Shown: positions 12,341 to 23,830, counted from the stretch's first letter. The stretch: DNA of 58,527 bases from Histomonas meleagridis 2922-C6/04-290x (GCA_020184695.1 JAANOX010000124.1:1-58527), one strand, 5' to 3'. Notes: a model not told the origin generated them from the letters alone. Numbers and translations are program-made.

Positions 12341-12900
12341 TATATGACTAGTGAGAATATCATTAATACTTTTTACTTTTATATTACCATTATTATTTAA
12401 ACTTATTGTACATCCTCTTAGCGCTCGAAAACTTAATGTATCGGTTATAGCTTTAATCCTCCAAGTATTATCCTTATTATAATCATTTCTATAATGCATA
12501 TCTATATACTCACCAACTTCCATGAGTCCATCAGATTTAATTGTTGCTATTGCCGGAATTTTTATTGTAGAATTAGAACCTCCGCCAATATTGTTCGAAA
12601 TATTATATTATATTATATTAGTTAATAGTATTCGCCACCAAACTTGAATTAATAGCTAAATCATCATTAATTATTTCATGTATGATCTTTTAATGAAAAA
12701 TCATCGATAGAATAACCACTAATGGTATCAATAACGAGGTCGCTAATGGTAACATTATTATTATCCTGTAAAATTATAAAAAATTGTTTATATATGTTTA
12801 AAACTTTATTAATATAACCGAACATTTCAATTATATATGCATATTTTATAATATTCTCTCCGGTGAGTATATTATCAACTTTAATATTATCATCAATATA
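12335..12900 (-). pseudogene. Possible fibre-like virion protein, fragmented
   Basis: DGLMEVGEYIDMH motif, plus beta-rich N/D/I/T stretches (YIDDNIKVDNILTGENI, VTISDLVIDTISG) in neighbouring frames. Confidence 0.3.
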
Positions 12901-13131
12901 CTTTTAATTTTTGATACTACTGTCTAACGGTGATATTATAATATGATTTCTTCAGTGAGTTAAAACGAGACTTTTATATACACGGTGTATCTGTAATGTT
13001 CATATACCATTTGACATAGTATCAGATGTTTTTGAGTAATCACAATAAACAATACTGCTTATATTCATTAACGCTCTAACTATATTTTCTATTTTTTCGA
13101 GCTGTGAATTTGACATTTTTATGACTATATT

Positions 13132-13473
13132 TTAATTATCAGTATTAACCAACCAATGATATTTTGAATCTTTATACTTATTATGTTTGTTAACATATTC
13201 CATAGCACCTCCATATGTTTGTGCATCTCTAACTTTTCTAACATCTTTCTTTAAATCAATAATAAGATGTGCTAAAGCTTTCATATTCTCATCAATTAAT
13301 GTTCTATCAGATCCAGTATATTGATAATGACTTAAATCATCATCAAAAACATATTGAGCATCACCTGGTGTAATATATTTTTTTTGAGGTTCTGATTTGA
13401 CCCGTGATGGAAATAAACGTGAACCATCAGGTCCTCGTGGTCTACGATTTGCATATATCACATCTTGTTGCAT
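13132..13473 (-). CDS. Hypothetical protein of V1, directly after the ATPase
   Basis: 113-aa ORF with an ATG 31 nt after the ATPase stop. V2 has an unrelated ORF in this slot. Confidence 0.45.
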   Translation of the reverse strand: MQQDVIYANRRPRGPDGSRLFPSRVKSEPQKKYITPGDAQYVFDDDLSHYQYTGSDRTLIDENMKALAHLIIDLKKDVRKVRDAQTYGGAMEYVNKHNKYKDSKYHWLVNTDN

Positions 13474-13503
13474 TAAAAAAAATGATTTTAAAAAAAAAAT
13501 TTT

Positions 13504-14153
13504 TTATTCAATTTTTATATTTTGATTATTCACGTCGACGATCATTTTTTGATGACCAGTTAATTTTTGATAAACTGAATAAATTTGATATTTAGTATAA
13601 GGTAATGGTATTTGTTCAATCATATATCTTAATTGTTGTTTAGAGAAATTAGGAAATATAAATATAGTACTTACATTAGCTTTAACTTCAGCAGGTAAAG
13701 ATTTCCAAAATTGTACAGCGAAAAATACAGAACATTGAATATGAGCTAATTTAGTAAATAATTGATTAAAATAATTAGTAGGTTTTATAAATAAAGGACT
13801 ATTAGCACAATCTTCAAAAAATATTATAGTATGTAAAGTTAAATTATTAAAATTATTAATATATAATTTTTCAAATAATTCAGATATTTTATTATCTACT
13901 ATTTTAATTTTTATTAATATAAATTAATAAATGAGTTCTAGGACTAATATTACTAATTTTAATAATTTCTCTAATTATACATTGAGTTTTCCCACTTCTT
14001 TTTTCTACCTACTGCTATATTTAAAGAATTATAATGTACATTCACTTCTGGATGAATTTCACTTATTAATTCTTCATTTAATTTAGGTTTATTTTTATAT
14101 AAACAATAATCAATCATATTATCTATGACATCAATATTAATATCGTTTTCCAT
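13504..14153 (-). pseudogene. A32-like packaging ATPase (V1), frameshifted, with a ~170-bp internal deletion
   Basis: Homologous to 23831..24637. Walker A is frameshifted (GR..SGKTQ). Walker B TIIFFEDCANS and LAHIQCSVFFAVQFW are present. Confidence 0.8.
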
Positions 14154-14192
14154 AAAATAAAATAATTTTATAAAATCAATTCATTATTATTA

Positions 14193-14585
14193 ATGGAATC
14201 TCTTTATACGTGCTTCGCTCAAGAGTTTAAAGATTGTGATTTTACTGCTATAAATATTAAACCTTCGTTTTCTATCGTTAAAAATAAAAATGTAATAACA
14301 TTAACTGTAACAGTATATAATAAATATCATAATTTATTAAAAAAACAAATTTATAAATTTATAGATGAAAAATATCATCCTACTATTAAAAATCCTTTAC
14401 AAAATATAACACCTGAACAATTAGATCAAGCTTATCAAATATCTAAAATGGAATTATTAAATCAAATATTTAATAATGATTTTAACAATTATAATGGTTA
14501 TGTAAATAAATTGAATGTTTTACATTATGATAATGACTCAGTAATGCCTCAAAATCGAGATGAACAGCTCCAAAATGATTTATAA
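14193..14585 (+). CDS. Conserved hypothetical protein of the element (130 aa)
   Basis: Intact ORF with TCATT 12 nt upstream. A frameshifted copy lies at 23387..23781 (minus). Confidence 0.65.
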   Translation: MESLYTCFAQEFKDCDFTAINIKPSFSIVKNKNVITLTVTVYNKYHNLLKKQIYKFIDEKYHPTIKNPLQNITPEQLDQAYQISKMELLNQIFNNDFNNYNGYVNKLNVLHYDNDSVMPQNRDEQLQNDL

Positions 14586-15050
14586 ATAAAAATAATGATA
14601 TTGATATTTTCTAACGTTCGAAAACTGACACATTTGAATGAATAAATGTACAATGATTTTTTATGTAATTTTTATGGACAGGGGATCATTGTTAAAAAAA
14701 TGGATTGATTTTGATCGTATTTTCCCACTTTTAAATTAACGATAGATTCAATTTTTGCAGTCATGTACTAACTTAGGATATAAATTAATTTTCGAGATCA
14801 TGGAAAACGATCAGTAAACTATTTAAACAAAAAATATTTGATAGCACAGTCTTTATTCAGTTCAAAAAGTCATTGTGATCAAAACTCTCAGAAAACAACA
14901 TTATCGCTATTCAATTTTATGATCGTATATTTTTTAAGTCCTAACCGAAGTACTCAATATTTGAAAGGGTTTTAGTTTCAAAATAATAAAAAAATATATC
15001 AAAAAGTTTAATTGTATTGAAATATTTAGAATCGCCTCACATATAAAAAA

Positions 15051-15287
15051 ATGGAATATCCAGTTCAAAGCATCTCTGCGCCACGCATTAAAAATGGGGT
15101 GGTGTCTTTCCTGGTGCATTGGGGCACAGGAGAGTTCACTAGAGAACCCCTGGAATGCTTAGTACCGGGAAGTCTTGATCTTCTCTATGACTGGATCAAG
15201 ACTCATAGTCCGAATTTAAGACCGGAGATTGTTCATACGATGTATGAACAAATTGAGTCAATTTGTGCACTCAAGGAAATGGAGTAA
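15051..15287 (+). CDS. Stand-alone chromodomain-like protein (V1)
   Basis: EYPVQSISAPRIKNGVVSFLVHWGTGEFTREPLECL fits Y.V..I...R...G...(Y/F)LV.W.....TWEP..NL. Confidence 0.7.
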   Translation: MEYPVQSISAPRIKNGVVSFLVHWGTGEFTREPLECLVPGSLDLLYDWIKTHSPNLRPEIVHTMYEQIESICALKEME

Positions 15288-15353
15288 ATAAAAAAATACT
15301 TCTAATTTTTTTAATCTAAATAAAATTGAGATCTAATTTTAAATAATTTTTAT

Positions 15354-16446
15354 TTAATAACCATCAGGAGTACCATTAGGATAATATTACAATCCATTAT
15401 GTAAATCTAATGTGAAATAAGTATCACGACAAATGAATAATTGTGGAAGAGGTGGATGATTTCCAGTATCATCAACATTATAATAAGTATCATTAGCTAG
15501 TGTATAAATAGGTTGCCCCTTAATTTGTATCGGGATATTTTGTCCATTAGAATCTAAGCCATCAAATACGTAACCACCACGTGAGCGTTCACATTGTATA
15601 TTAAGCATAAAAGAAGTAGCATCACTTAATGTATTATTATATCTTGTACCATTTGAAGCATTTCTATCCATAGTTAAAGAATCTTCAAATTCTTTAGTAC
15701 ATTGTATACTATCATCTAAATCAGAAGCAACTAATTGATATTGTAAAAATCTTGCACCTAAAGTAGAAATAGGTTCATCAGGATAATTTTGACCTGCAAT
15801 AGTTAATTGTACATTATTATAAATAGGATTATCGAAACAAGTATAATCATTAGCATGTTTTGGAAATACAACTGTAATAGTTGTAACATTAAATAAAGGC
15901 ATATTAATAGTAGATTGAATACCAGATTCAGTAGCAGCTAATGCAAAAAGCATTATAATCTAATTGTTGTGAAGGAATTAATAAACCTCCAGGTTGTTGA
16001 AGTATTTGAGCTATTTTATTTAAAGTTTCTTCTTTAACTCCAAATCCAAACATATTAGATTTACATGAAACTACTGTTAAACCTGTATAATATAAAGAAA
16101 CATTCTCAGATACAGTATCAATAGTATGATTAGTTTCAGTATCACATTTAAATGTAGTAGTAATATTAGCAGAATTACCTATTTGAGTAAAACCATGAGT
16201 AAATAAAGGTATATTATTAAATGTAGCATTAATAGAAGAATCTTCTAAAAAAATTCTTTAACTTCTTTTAATTTTACGTGGATCTACTTGACACCAAACT
16301 AAACCATTTTGTTTAACATAAAACTTTAATTCAATATCACCGACTAATCTATTTGGATATAAATCGAATGCTTGTAAAGCTAATATATCTTCAAATGGAA
16401 GATTCATTTCAAATTCGATATCATGTTTATTTCCATCTGCAATTGT
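15354..16446 (-). pseudogene. Major capsid protein 3' half (V1), truncated at 16446
   Basis: Protein text is nearly identical to V3 MCP from TIADGNKH to HNGL. It has frameshifts and a premature stop. Confidence 0.8.
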
Positions 16447-16580
16447 TTTCAACATCAAATGCTTAACGGTTTTTTAGCGTTACTTTGAAAATGAATGGTT
16501 TATATTTTATATCTCTCACAGTAGGGCCACGTAAGATTATATTAAATTTCTTAAGTATTGAAATCACTTCACTGCAAACA

Positions 16581-17150
16581 ATGCAGGATTTGGCTAACTC
16601 GCATGGGCGCGAATCTAACACTAGCCTAGGCGCGCCCAGAGCTATGAGGAATTCTTTGAGGTATATGTCGGATACTTCGGAATCTGAGCTTGATAGTGAG
16701 TCTTCTTCTCAGTCTGAGTCTGAGGAACCTCCTAGACCCAAAAACTGGAAGTATGAGTTCCCTTATTATTTTGATGAGGGTAACGATGATTCTTCTAGTC
16801 AAGCATTCTCGCAAGAGATGAATGGGGACTATGAAGTTGAATCAATAGTACACTTCAAGGTGGAAAAAGACTCAGAAGGAGTCAACAATGCACTTTGGTG
16901 TGTTTGTTGGAAGAGGGTGAAGGGTCGATTAACACCCTTGAACGATTGGGAACCAACAAAACACCTTAGTTATTGTAAAAACGCGGTAGCCTTCTTTATA
17001 GCTATGCTCAAAGATGGCAGTTCTGAGGAGTATTATCCACCTTCTTCGCGTTTGGCTCCTGCACTGAGAGCCGCTGAAGCCGGTCACTTGTTATTGAGCG
17101 TCAGTTCCAGAGGTACTTTCATATCAATATGTCCTCTCTTCTGGGTATGA
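16581..17150 (+). CDS. Ser/acidic-rich protein with a chromodomain-like segment
   Basis: DYEVESIVHFKV...WCVCWKRVKG...DWEPTKHLSYC. The DNA is visibly more GC-rich than its flanks, and TCACT lies upstream of ATG 16581. Confidence 0.55.
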   Translation: MQDLANSHGRESNTSLGAPRAMRNSLRYMSDTSESELDSESSSQSESEEPPRPKNWKYEFPYYFDEGNDDSSSQAFSQEMNGDYEVESIVHFKVEKDSEGVNNALWCVCWKRVKGRLTPLNDWEPTKHLSYCKNAVAFFIAMLKDGSSEEYYPPSSRLAPALRAAEAGHLLLSVSSRGTFISICPLFWV

Positions 17151-17791
17151 GACAAAAGTATCTAGACATTCAGCGGAAAGAAGACGATTTGGTGTTCTAC
17201 CTGAAGGGCATTGATACTACTCCACGTAGTAAAAAAGCTGAACAACATGCCCTAAGGGTAGTCATCGAAAGACGCTGGAATAATCTAAGTCACGATTCTC
17301 GCGAAAATGTTTACTCGAGAATGGACGAACTAAGGTTCGAATGTCCAGTGGCACATAGATTCATCACCCAGCTCTACTCTCGCGAGCGTCAAATAGAAAG
17401 GTTTCCTGCAATTTTCCCTAAGCCACTTTATGATAGTGTTTATCTTAATAAGAATAACAACAAAGAAGAGGATAAATATCCTCCTAAGAAGGAGTACTTA
17501 GAGGACATTCATCCAGATACTGAGGAAATCTTTCTAAATGACCCCGTTTTAAAGCCGCTAGCCATAATGGCACCACGTCCCAGGGAGGACAATGAACTAG
17601 GTGTACCAAGAACCAGAGCTCCCGATGAGATCGTGTTTGCCAAGAGACACCCAAACCTAAAGGTGGTTGAGCCTTTACTGCGAAAATGCACAACAATGGA
17701 TAAATTCTATAATGATAAATTGGAATCGAATAGAAAATTATGCCTTCGTATATTACATTTAACCTATATCCAGATTATTCGTGCTCAATAA
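17129..17791 (+). CDS. Hypothetical protein, possibly the frameshifted continuation of 16581..17150
   Basis: 220-aa ORF overlapping the previous ORF end in the same GC-rich block. Confidence 0.45.
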   Translation: MSSLLGMRQKYLDIQRKEDDLVFYLKGIDTTPRSKKAEQHALRVVIERRWNNLSHDSRENVYSRMDELRFECPVAHRFITQLYSRERQIERFPAIFPKPLYDSVYLNKNNNKEEDKYPPKKEYLEDIHPDTEEIFLNDPVLKPLAIMAPRPREDNELGVPRTRAPDEIVFAKRHPNLKVVEPLLRKCTTMDKFYNDKLESNRKLCLRILHLTYIQIIRAQ

Positions 17792-18700
17792 TTTATTTTT
17801 CTCTTTCACCCCAGGGGAAAGCAACAAATATTCAATGTGAAACACTCGAAACATTCCGTAATAAATTAAAAAATTATTAAATATTTGTTCTTGGATTCGC
17901 CTTTGATGGTGATAATTTCTATGATTCTTATTATGATTCGTTCTTTGGTCAATATGAATGTGTTGCTGAGCATTACACAGCTTCAATTGTTGAAATTGCA
18001 AAAAGAGTTTTTTTTCGATATATTAGTGATCCCCTTCATATACTTAAACGTTCGAGATATCGTTTACTTATAGACGTACCAATTATCAACATTTTCAGAA
18101 TGCGGGAAGATTTAAATTTATTACCGATTTTAATTAATTACTATAAAATCACAAAAATGCACGATATTCTACCCATTTCTCTATTTTCTATTGATAAAAC
18201 AATTCATTAATGATATATGAGAAACATAATGTTTCAGCATTATTATATTTCTTACCATGGTCTTTATTTATAGAAGCAATATCCAATGACAATATAAATA
18301 TAAGCGAAAGAATTTCGCTATTCGAAATCAATTTTTATTTAATGTTTATATATTATGTATTTATTGTTGTAATACAATTCATTCATTTGTTACATTACTT
18401 ATCTTTTAAAAGATATGAATGCCAAAAAAAGCTTAAATAGATTTACGTCAAATCTTCTCGAACATCAATTCGGATGTATAAGAAATGAAAATGGGTATGT
18501 TCAAAATTCTAATATTAGCGTTAGATACAATATCAACTGATCTAATAATGAATTTATGTAATAACTCATTTGACTAAAAAATAAAAATGATATTCCCACA
18601 TTAGTGACAAGATGGAACTTGCTTTTTCCTTAATTGATTAAAAACTTTTACAATTACAACAATGCATTGAATACTTCATTTACGATGATATTATTCGATA
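17790..18700 (+). pseudogene. P-element/THAP9-like transposase relic
   Basis: Manual translation gives GKATNIQCETLETFRNKLKNY*IFVLGFAFDGD and DPLHILKRSRYRLL (D.xH..K..R motif). Confidence 0.5.
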
Positions 18701-18815
18701 GAATTCTATCAGATATAGATAGATCTGGACCGAAACTTTTAAAATGTATGGATATAATCATCATAAGAAAATATTGAATGCTGTGACTGATCATTTCTAA
18801 AATCATTTGAAATTT

Positions 18816-19093
18816 ATGGGAGCAAAGCGTGGAATTAAGAAAACAAATACAAGATTGACAGTAGAAACACCAAGAAGATCTAATGCAATTAATCAAAGAG
18901 CAAGAAGATGGGTATTCACTTGGAATAACCCAGACAGTTGAAGAGATACTTACAAACATTCTCAAGGGTAAGTTATTTGATAGCAGGCTTAGAGTTCGCG
19001 CCAAGCACTGGAACAAAACATATTCAAGGCTATATTAGGTTTGAAGAGAGAGTGTACGAAAGTACTTTAATATCGGGAATTAATTGTTATTGA
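18816..19093 (+). pseudogene. CRESS-DNA-virus-type Rep (HUH endonuclease) N-terminal fragment
   Basis: RCR motif I RWVFTWNNP (18909..18932). After a frameshift, YLIAGLEFAPSTGTKHIQGYIRF contains motif II HIQG (19019..19030). Motif III and the helicase are absent. Confidence 0.85.
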
Positions 19094-19107
19094 TAGGTAT
19101 ATAATGC

Positions 19108-19184
19108 GGTCGGGACTGATCACGAGGACCCTAGGGGGACTGCCTCCGGCAGTCCCCCTAGGGTCCTCGTGATCAGTCCCGACC
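19108..19184. repeat. Perfect 37-bp-stem hairpin (loop tcc) at the left end of V2
   Basis: ggtcgggactgatcacgaggaccctagggggactgcc-tcc-ggcagtccccctagggtcctcgtgatcagtcccgacc; arms checked base by base. Confidence 0.97.
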
Positions 19185-19594
19185 TTAAGTTTTCACTGGT
19201 AAAATTTCCGGGGTCTTCGGACCCCTCCGGTCGCCTCAGATTCCTCCAATTCCCCGAGTGTGCTCGCTCCGCACGCTACGAAAATCAAAATGATTTTTGT
19301 GAGCCATACAATTCGTCTGAAAATTTGAATGCACATTAAATTTTGAGAGAACGCGAAACTTTTTGATAGGAACGATAGCACTTTTAGCACCACTTTTCGC
19401 ATAAACCTATCAAAAACCTCACATAACCAACACGAATTGTCCCCGGTTATCTTTGGTCGGACATTTATCCTATTCAATTTATCTTTGCCAGGAGGTTAAT
19501 AGACAAAAAACGACGAATATTTTTTGAATACATGGCAAACTTTATTTTAAAATAGTAAATAACTGTTATAAATTATCACTTCATTTTTTTCTTC

Positions 19595-20068
19595 ATGTAT
19601 TGCGAATATTTTTTTTCCATTGCTCAAATTGCAGACAATATCAAAAAAAATAAGGATCTTGATGCTATTGATGTTGCAATATTCTTTGATCCTAAATATA
19701 ATAAAATGGGAAATTACAACAATTTTATTATCAATCCAATTGGGATGATAATAAAACATAGTAATTTATCCGATTTTTATTTTATTCAAGAAGAAATAAT
19801 AGAATTCTTTGACAATCCAATACTAATATCAATTCCAATTACTGAAAATAAGAAACCACCTATAAATCAAAATGTTCATTATTTAGAAATAGACTTATTT
19901 CCATTGAAATGTAAATTTGGACGATGGTATGCGTCATATATCTATGAGTCATATAATGATGAAATTAATCGTACATTATTAGATAATGTAATCGTTAATA
20001 GTCAACATAAAGACAAAACTCATCAATCTGCTTTTGATTTAAAGCAGGATCTTTTCAAGAGTGCCTAA
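19595..20068 (+). CDS. ORF-X, conserved hypothetical protein (157 aa), first gene of the element
   Basis: Intact in both V2 and V3 (31118..31591) with high similarity. Confidence 0.6.
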   Translation: MYCEYFFSIAQIADNIKKNKDLDAIDVAIFFDPKYNKMGNYNNFIINPIGMIIKHSNLSDFYFIQEEIIEFFDNPILISIPITENKKPPINQNVHYLEIDLFPLKCKFGRWYASYIYESYNDEINRTLLDNVIVNSQHKDKTHQSAFDLKQDLFKSA

Positions 20069-20469
20069 AAAATAAAAAAATGATTTTAATTTTTTTATTT
20101 ATTTTGATTCTATAAAAAAACTAGAAGGTGATGAATATATTCTACTATTTTTGTCTTTCAATTGGATAATTTGATAATTTTTTTCAAAATAAATTGAATT
20201 ACTAATAGTTAGTTTTTGGTAACTTTATATACTGGATAGATGGATCTATTAACTCAGTTTCTTTCTCTATCGTTGATGAATTTGATGTCTCATTGTCATA
20301 ATAAGTCTTGATCACCTTCGTGCTATCAGACATTAATAAAAAATGAAAATTTTATTAAATTATAATGAATTTTTGAAACTAAACTATGACAAATGGGACG
20401 CAGGCGTTCTTTAAGGACGCCTGGGATTTGGAATAGTTTCAAAACAATATATATATAAATAATATTTTA

Positions 20470-20739
20470 TTATTTCTTTTGTCCAACTAGCGCATTTGCT
20501 ACACCATCTATAACAGGTGAGAATTTATCTGCTATTTTAATTCCTTTTGCAATAGCACCTGCATGTCCAGGTAAATTTTCAATTCCAGGTATTTTACCTA
20601 CTGTATTTACAACAGGTTTAGCTACTTTATTCCATACATTACCAATAAATCTTCCAACTGGTTTAATAATTTTATCTCTAATCCAAGCACCAGCTTTTTT
20701 AAATCCATTTTTAATTTTGTTCCAAAAACCCCAAGCCAT
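20470..20739 (-). CDS. Amphipathic Trp/Lys-rich peptide paralog 1 (89 aa)
   Basis: MAWGFWNKIKNGFKKAGAWIRDKIIKPVGRFIGNVW...; intact in V2 and V3. Confidence 0.7.
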   Translation of the reverse strand: MAWGFWNKIKNGFKKAGAWIRDKIIKPVGRFIGNVWNKVAKPVVNTVGKIPGIENLPGHAGAIAKGIKIADKFSPVIDGVANALVGQKK

Positions 20740-20773
20740 GAATAATAATAAAAATAAATTATTAATTCTTTTT

Positions 20774-20980
20774 TTATTGATAAAATATAGGATGGATCTT
20801 GTCATTTGCTTCATTTCCTATATTTTTAAATAATGGAATTATTTTATCACCGGTTTCAAATATTTTATCCACAGGTAACTTTTTAAGAGGATTTATTTTT
20901 TTAATGTCTTCTTTATGTTGTTTAGCAAATTCATAACCTTTCACAATATGTGGACTAATTTTTTTAAATCCTTCTTTCAT
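20774..20980 (-). pseudogene. Amphipathic peptide paralog 2, 5'-deleted
   Basis: Matches the 3' part of V3 32299..32571. A ~350-bp deletion relative to V3 lies between two ttcattttt microhomologies. Confidence 0.65.
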
Positions 20981-20989
20981 TTTTTATTA

Positions 20990-22617
20990 ATGTATTATAA
21001 TAATACGCAATCTAAAAATGAACAAGATGATCAAGGTAATGTCGGAGCTTATTTTGATCGTCTTAAAGATTTAATTGCTAAAAATGATGGTACTCGTTCT
21101 TTTATTTTAAGAACTGAAGATTGTCATGATCAAAATGCACCTTTTAATCAATCACAAGAAACTAGATTAAGAATCACTCATGGTGATCATATGGTTTCAC
21201 AAATAACTGAAGGTTTTATTAATTTTAAAATTAGAATAACTGTACAATTATCAAAAGCTATTTCATCTAGTAATTTACAAGATCCTGAGAATTTAGCTAA
21301 AATATTTATAGGTTTTAAGAGTTCTAATCAATTATTAGATCAATTACAAATTATGTCTAATAATATTTCTACTGGTTATCAACAAAATGAATGTTGTCGT
21401 GAAGGTTATTGTTATTCTACAATTAAACCCTATGCTGAAAAGAAAACTAGAAAATATACACATTCTTTATATGAAAATGTTTCAGAATATTCTCAATCTG
21501 TTTGTGGTACTTATGTTGATTTAAATACAATTGCAGATGGAAATAAACATGATATCGAATTTGAAATGAATCTTCCATTTGAAGATATATTAGCTTTACA
21601 AGCATTTGATTTATATCCAAATAGATTAGTTGGTGATATTGAATTAAAGTTTTATGTTAAACAAAATGGTTTAGTTTGGTGTCAAGTAGATCCACGTAAA
21701 ATTAAAGAAGTTAAAGAATTTTTTTAGAAGATTCTTCTATTAATGCTACATTTAATAATTTACCTTTATTTACTCATGGTTTTACTCAAATAGGTAATTC
21801 TGCTAATATAACTACTACATTTAAATGTGATACTGAAACTAATCATACTATTGATACTGCATCTGAGAATGTTTCTTTATATTGTACAGGTTTAACAGTA
21901 GTTTCATGTAAATCTAATATGTTTGGATTTGGAGTTAAAGAAGAAACTTTAAATAAAATAGCTCAAATACTTCAACAACCTGGAGGTTTATTAATTCCTT
22001 CACAACAATTAGATTATAATGCATTTGCATTAGCTGCTACTGAATCTGGTATTCAATCTACTATTAATATGCCTTTATTCAATGTTACAACTATTACAGT
22101 TGTATTTCCAAAAAATGCTAATGATTTTACTTGTTTCGATAATCCTATTTATAATAATGTACAATTAACTATTGCAGGTCAAAATTATCCTGATGAACCT
22201 ATTTCTACTTTAGGTGCAAGATTTTTTTTTTTTTTTTTAATTGCTTCTGATTTAGATGGTGGCATACAATGTACTAAAGAATTCGAAGATTCTTTAACCA
22301 TGGAAAGAAATGCTTCTAATGGTACAAGATATGATAATACATCAAGTGATGCCACCTCTTTTATGCTTAATATACAATGTGAACGTTCGCATGGTGGTTA
22401 CGTATTCGACGGCTTAGACTCTAACGGTCAAAACATCCCGATACAAATTAAGGGGCAACCTATATATACTCAAGCTAACGATACTTATTATAATGTTGAT
22501 GATGCTGGAAATCATCCACCTCCCCCTCAATTATTCATTTGTCGTGATACTTATTTCACATTAGATTTACATAATGGATTGAAATATTATGCTAATGGTA
22601 CTCCTGATGGTTATTAA
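20990..22617 (+). pseudogene. Major capsid protein (V2), frameshift in a T-run at ~21720
   Basis: ORFs 20915..21727 and 21919..22617 are collinear with the V3 MCP. Confidence 0.8.
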
Positions 22618-22688
22618 ATAAAAAATTATTTAAAATTAGATCTCAATTTTATTTATATTAAAAAAAAATTAGAAGTATTTTTTATTAT

Positions 22689-22919
22689 TTACTCAATTTT
22701 CTTGAGTGCTTCTTCAATTTGTTCATACATCGTATGAACCATCTCCGATTTTATATTCGGACCATGAGTCTCGATCCAATCATAAAGAAGATCAAGACTT
22801 CCCGGTACTAAGCATTCCAGGGGTTCTCTAGTGAACTCTCCTGTGCCCCAATGCACCTGGAAAGACACCACCCCATTCTGAATGCGTGACGCAGAGATAC
22901 TTTGAACTGGATATTCCAT
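22689..22919 (-). CDS. Stand-alone chromodomain-like protein (V2, 76 aa)
   Basis: MEYPVQSISASRIQNGVVSFQVHWGTGEFTREPLECL; homolog of 15051..15287. Confidence 0.7.
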   Translation of the reverse strand: MEYPVQSISASRIQNGVVSFQVHWGTGEFTREPLECLVPGSLDLLYDWIETHGPNIKSEMVHTMYEQIEEALKKIE

Positions 22920-23386
22920 TTTTAGATGTGAGGTGATTCTAAATATTTCAATACAGTTAAACTTTTTGATATATTTTTTTATTATTTTGAAACAATACCC
23001 TTTCAAATATTAAGTACTACGGTTAGGAATTAAGAAATATACGATCATAAAATTGAATAGCGATTATGTTGTTGTATGAAAGTTTTGATCACAATGACTT
23101 TTTGAACTGAATAAAGACTGTACTATCAAATATTTTTTGTTTAAATAGTTTACTGATCGTATCCCATGATCTCGAAAATTAATTTATATCTTAAGTTAGT
23201 ACATAACTGTAAAAATTGAATCTATCGTTAATTCAAAAGTGGGAAAATACGATCAAAATCAATTCATTTTTTTAACACTGATCCCCTGTCCATAAAAAAT
23301 TACATAAAAATCATTATACATTTATTCATTCAAATGTGTCACCTTTCGAACGTTAAAAAATATTAATGACATTAAGTTTTTTTTAT

Positions 23387-23781
23387 TTATGAAACATTTT
23401 GAGCTTGATCATTTTGATTTTGAGGCATTATTGAGTTAGCATAATTTTGTAAAACATTTAATTTATTTACATAAGCATTATATTTATTAAAATCATCATT
23501 AAATATTTGATTTAATAATTCCATTTTAGATATTTGATAAGCTTGATCTAATTGTTCAGGTGTTATATTTTGTAAAGGATTCTTTATAGTAGGATGATAT
23601 TTTTCATCTATAAATTTATAAATTTGTTTTTTTAATAAATTATGATATTTATTATACACAGTTACAGTTACTGTTATTACATTTTTATATTTTTAACAAT
23701 AGCAGACGAAGGTTTAATATTAATTGCACTAAAATCACAATCTTTAAATTCTTGTGCAAAGCATGTATAAAGAGCTTCCAT
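23387..23781 (-). pseudogene. Frameshifted copy of the 130-aa hypothetical protein
   Basis: Aligns to 14193..14585. Confidence 0.65.
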
Positions 23782-23830
23782 TAAAAAATAATGAAGTGAC
23801 AAAATGCTTTTTATAAAATTATTTTATTTT

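Larger units (their letters stand above)
11399..16446 (-). mobile_element. Endogenous virus-like element copy V1 (capsid 3' half to distal genes); far end undefined
   Basis: Inverted copy of V2 21530-24640 (MCP, chromodomain, hypothetical, ATPase), followed by V1-specific ORFs. Confidence 0.78.

Noticed and set aside
19108-19184. Hairpin as a classic CRESS origin
   Set aside because: No NANTATTAC-type nonanucleotide loop; the loop is 3 nt in V2 and absent in V3.
19108-19184. Hairpins or tandem arrays as CRISPR repeats
   Set aside because: No repeat-spacer architecture and no cas genes; eukaryotic context.
19193-19477. 94-aa minus ORF next to the hairpin (and 30752..30973 in V3)
   Set aside because: The frame is not conserved between V2 and V3; likely non-coding terminal region.
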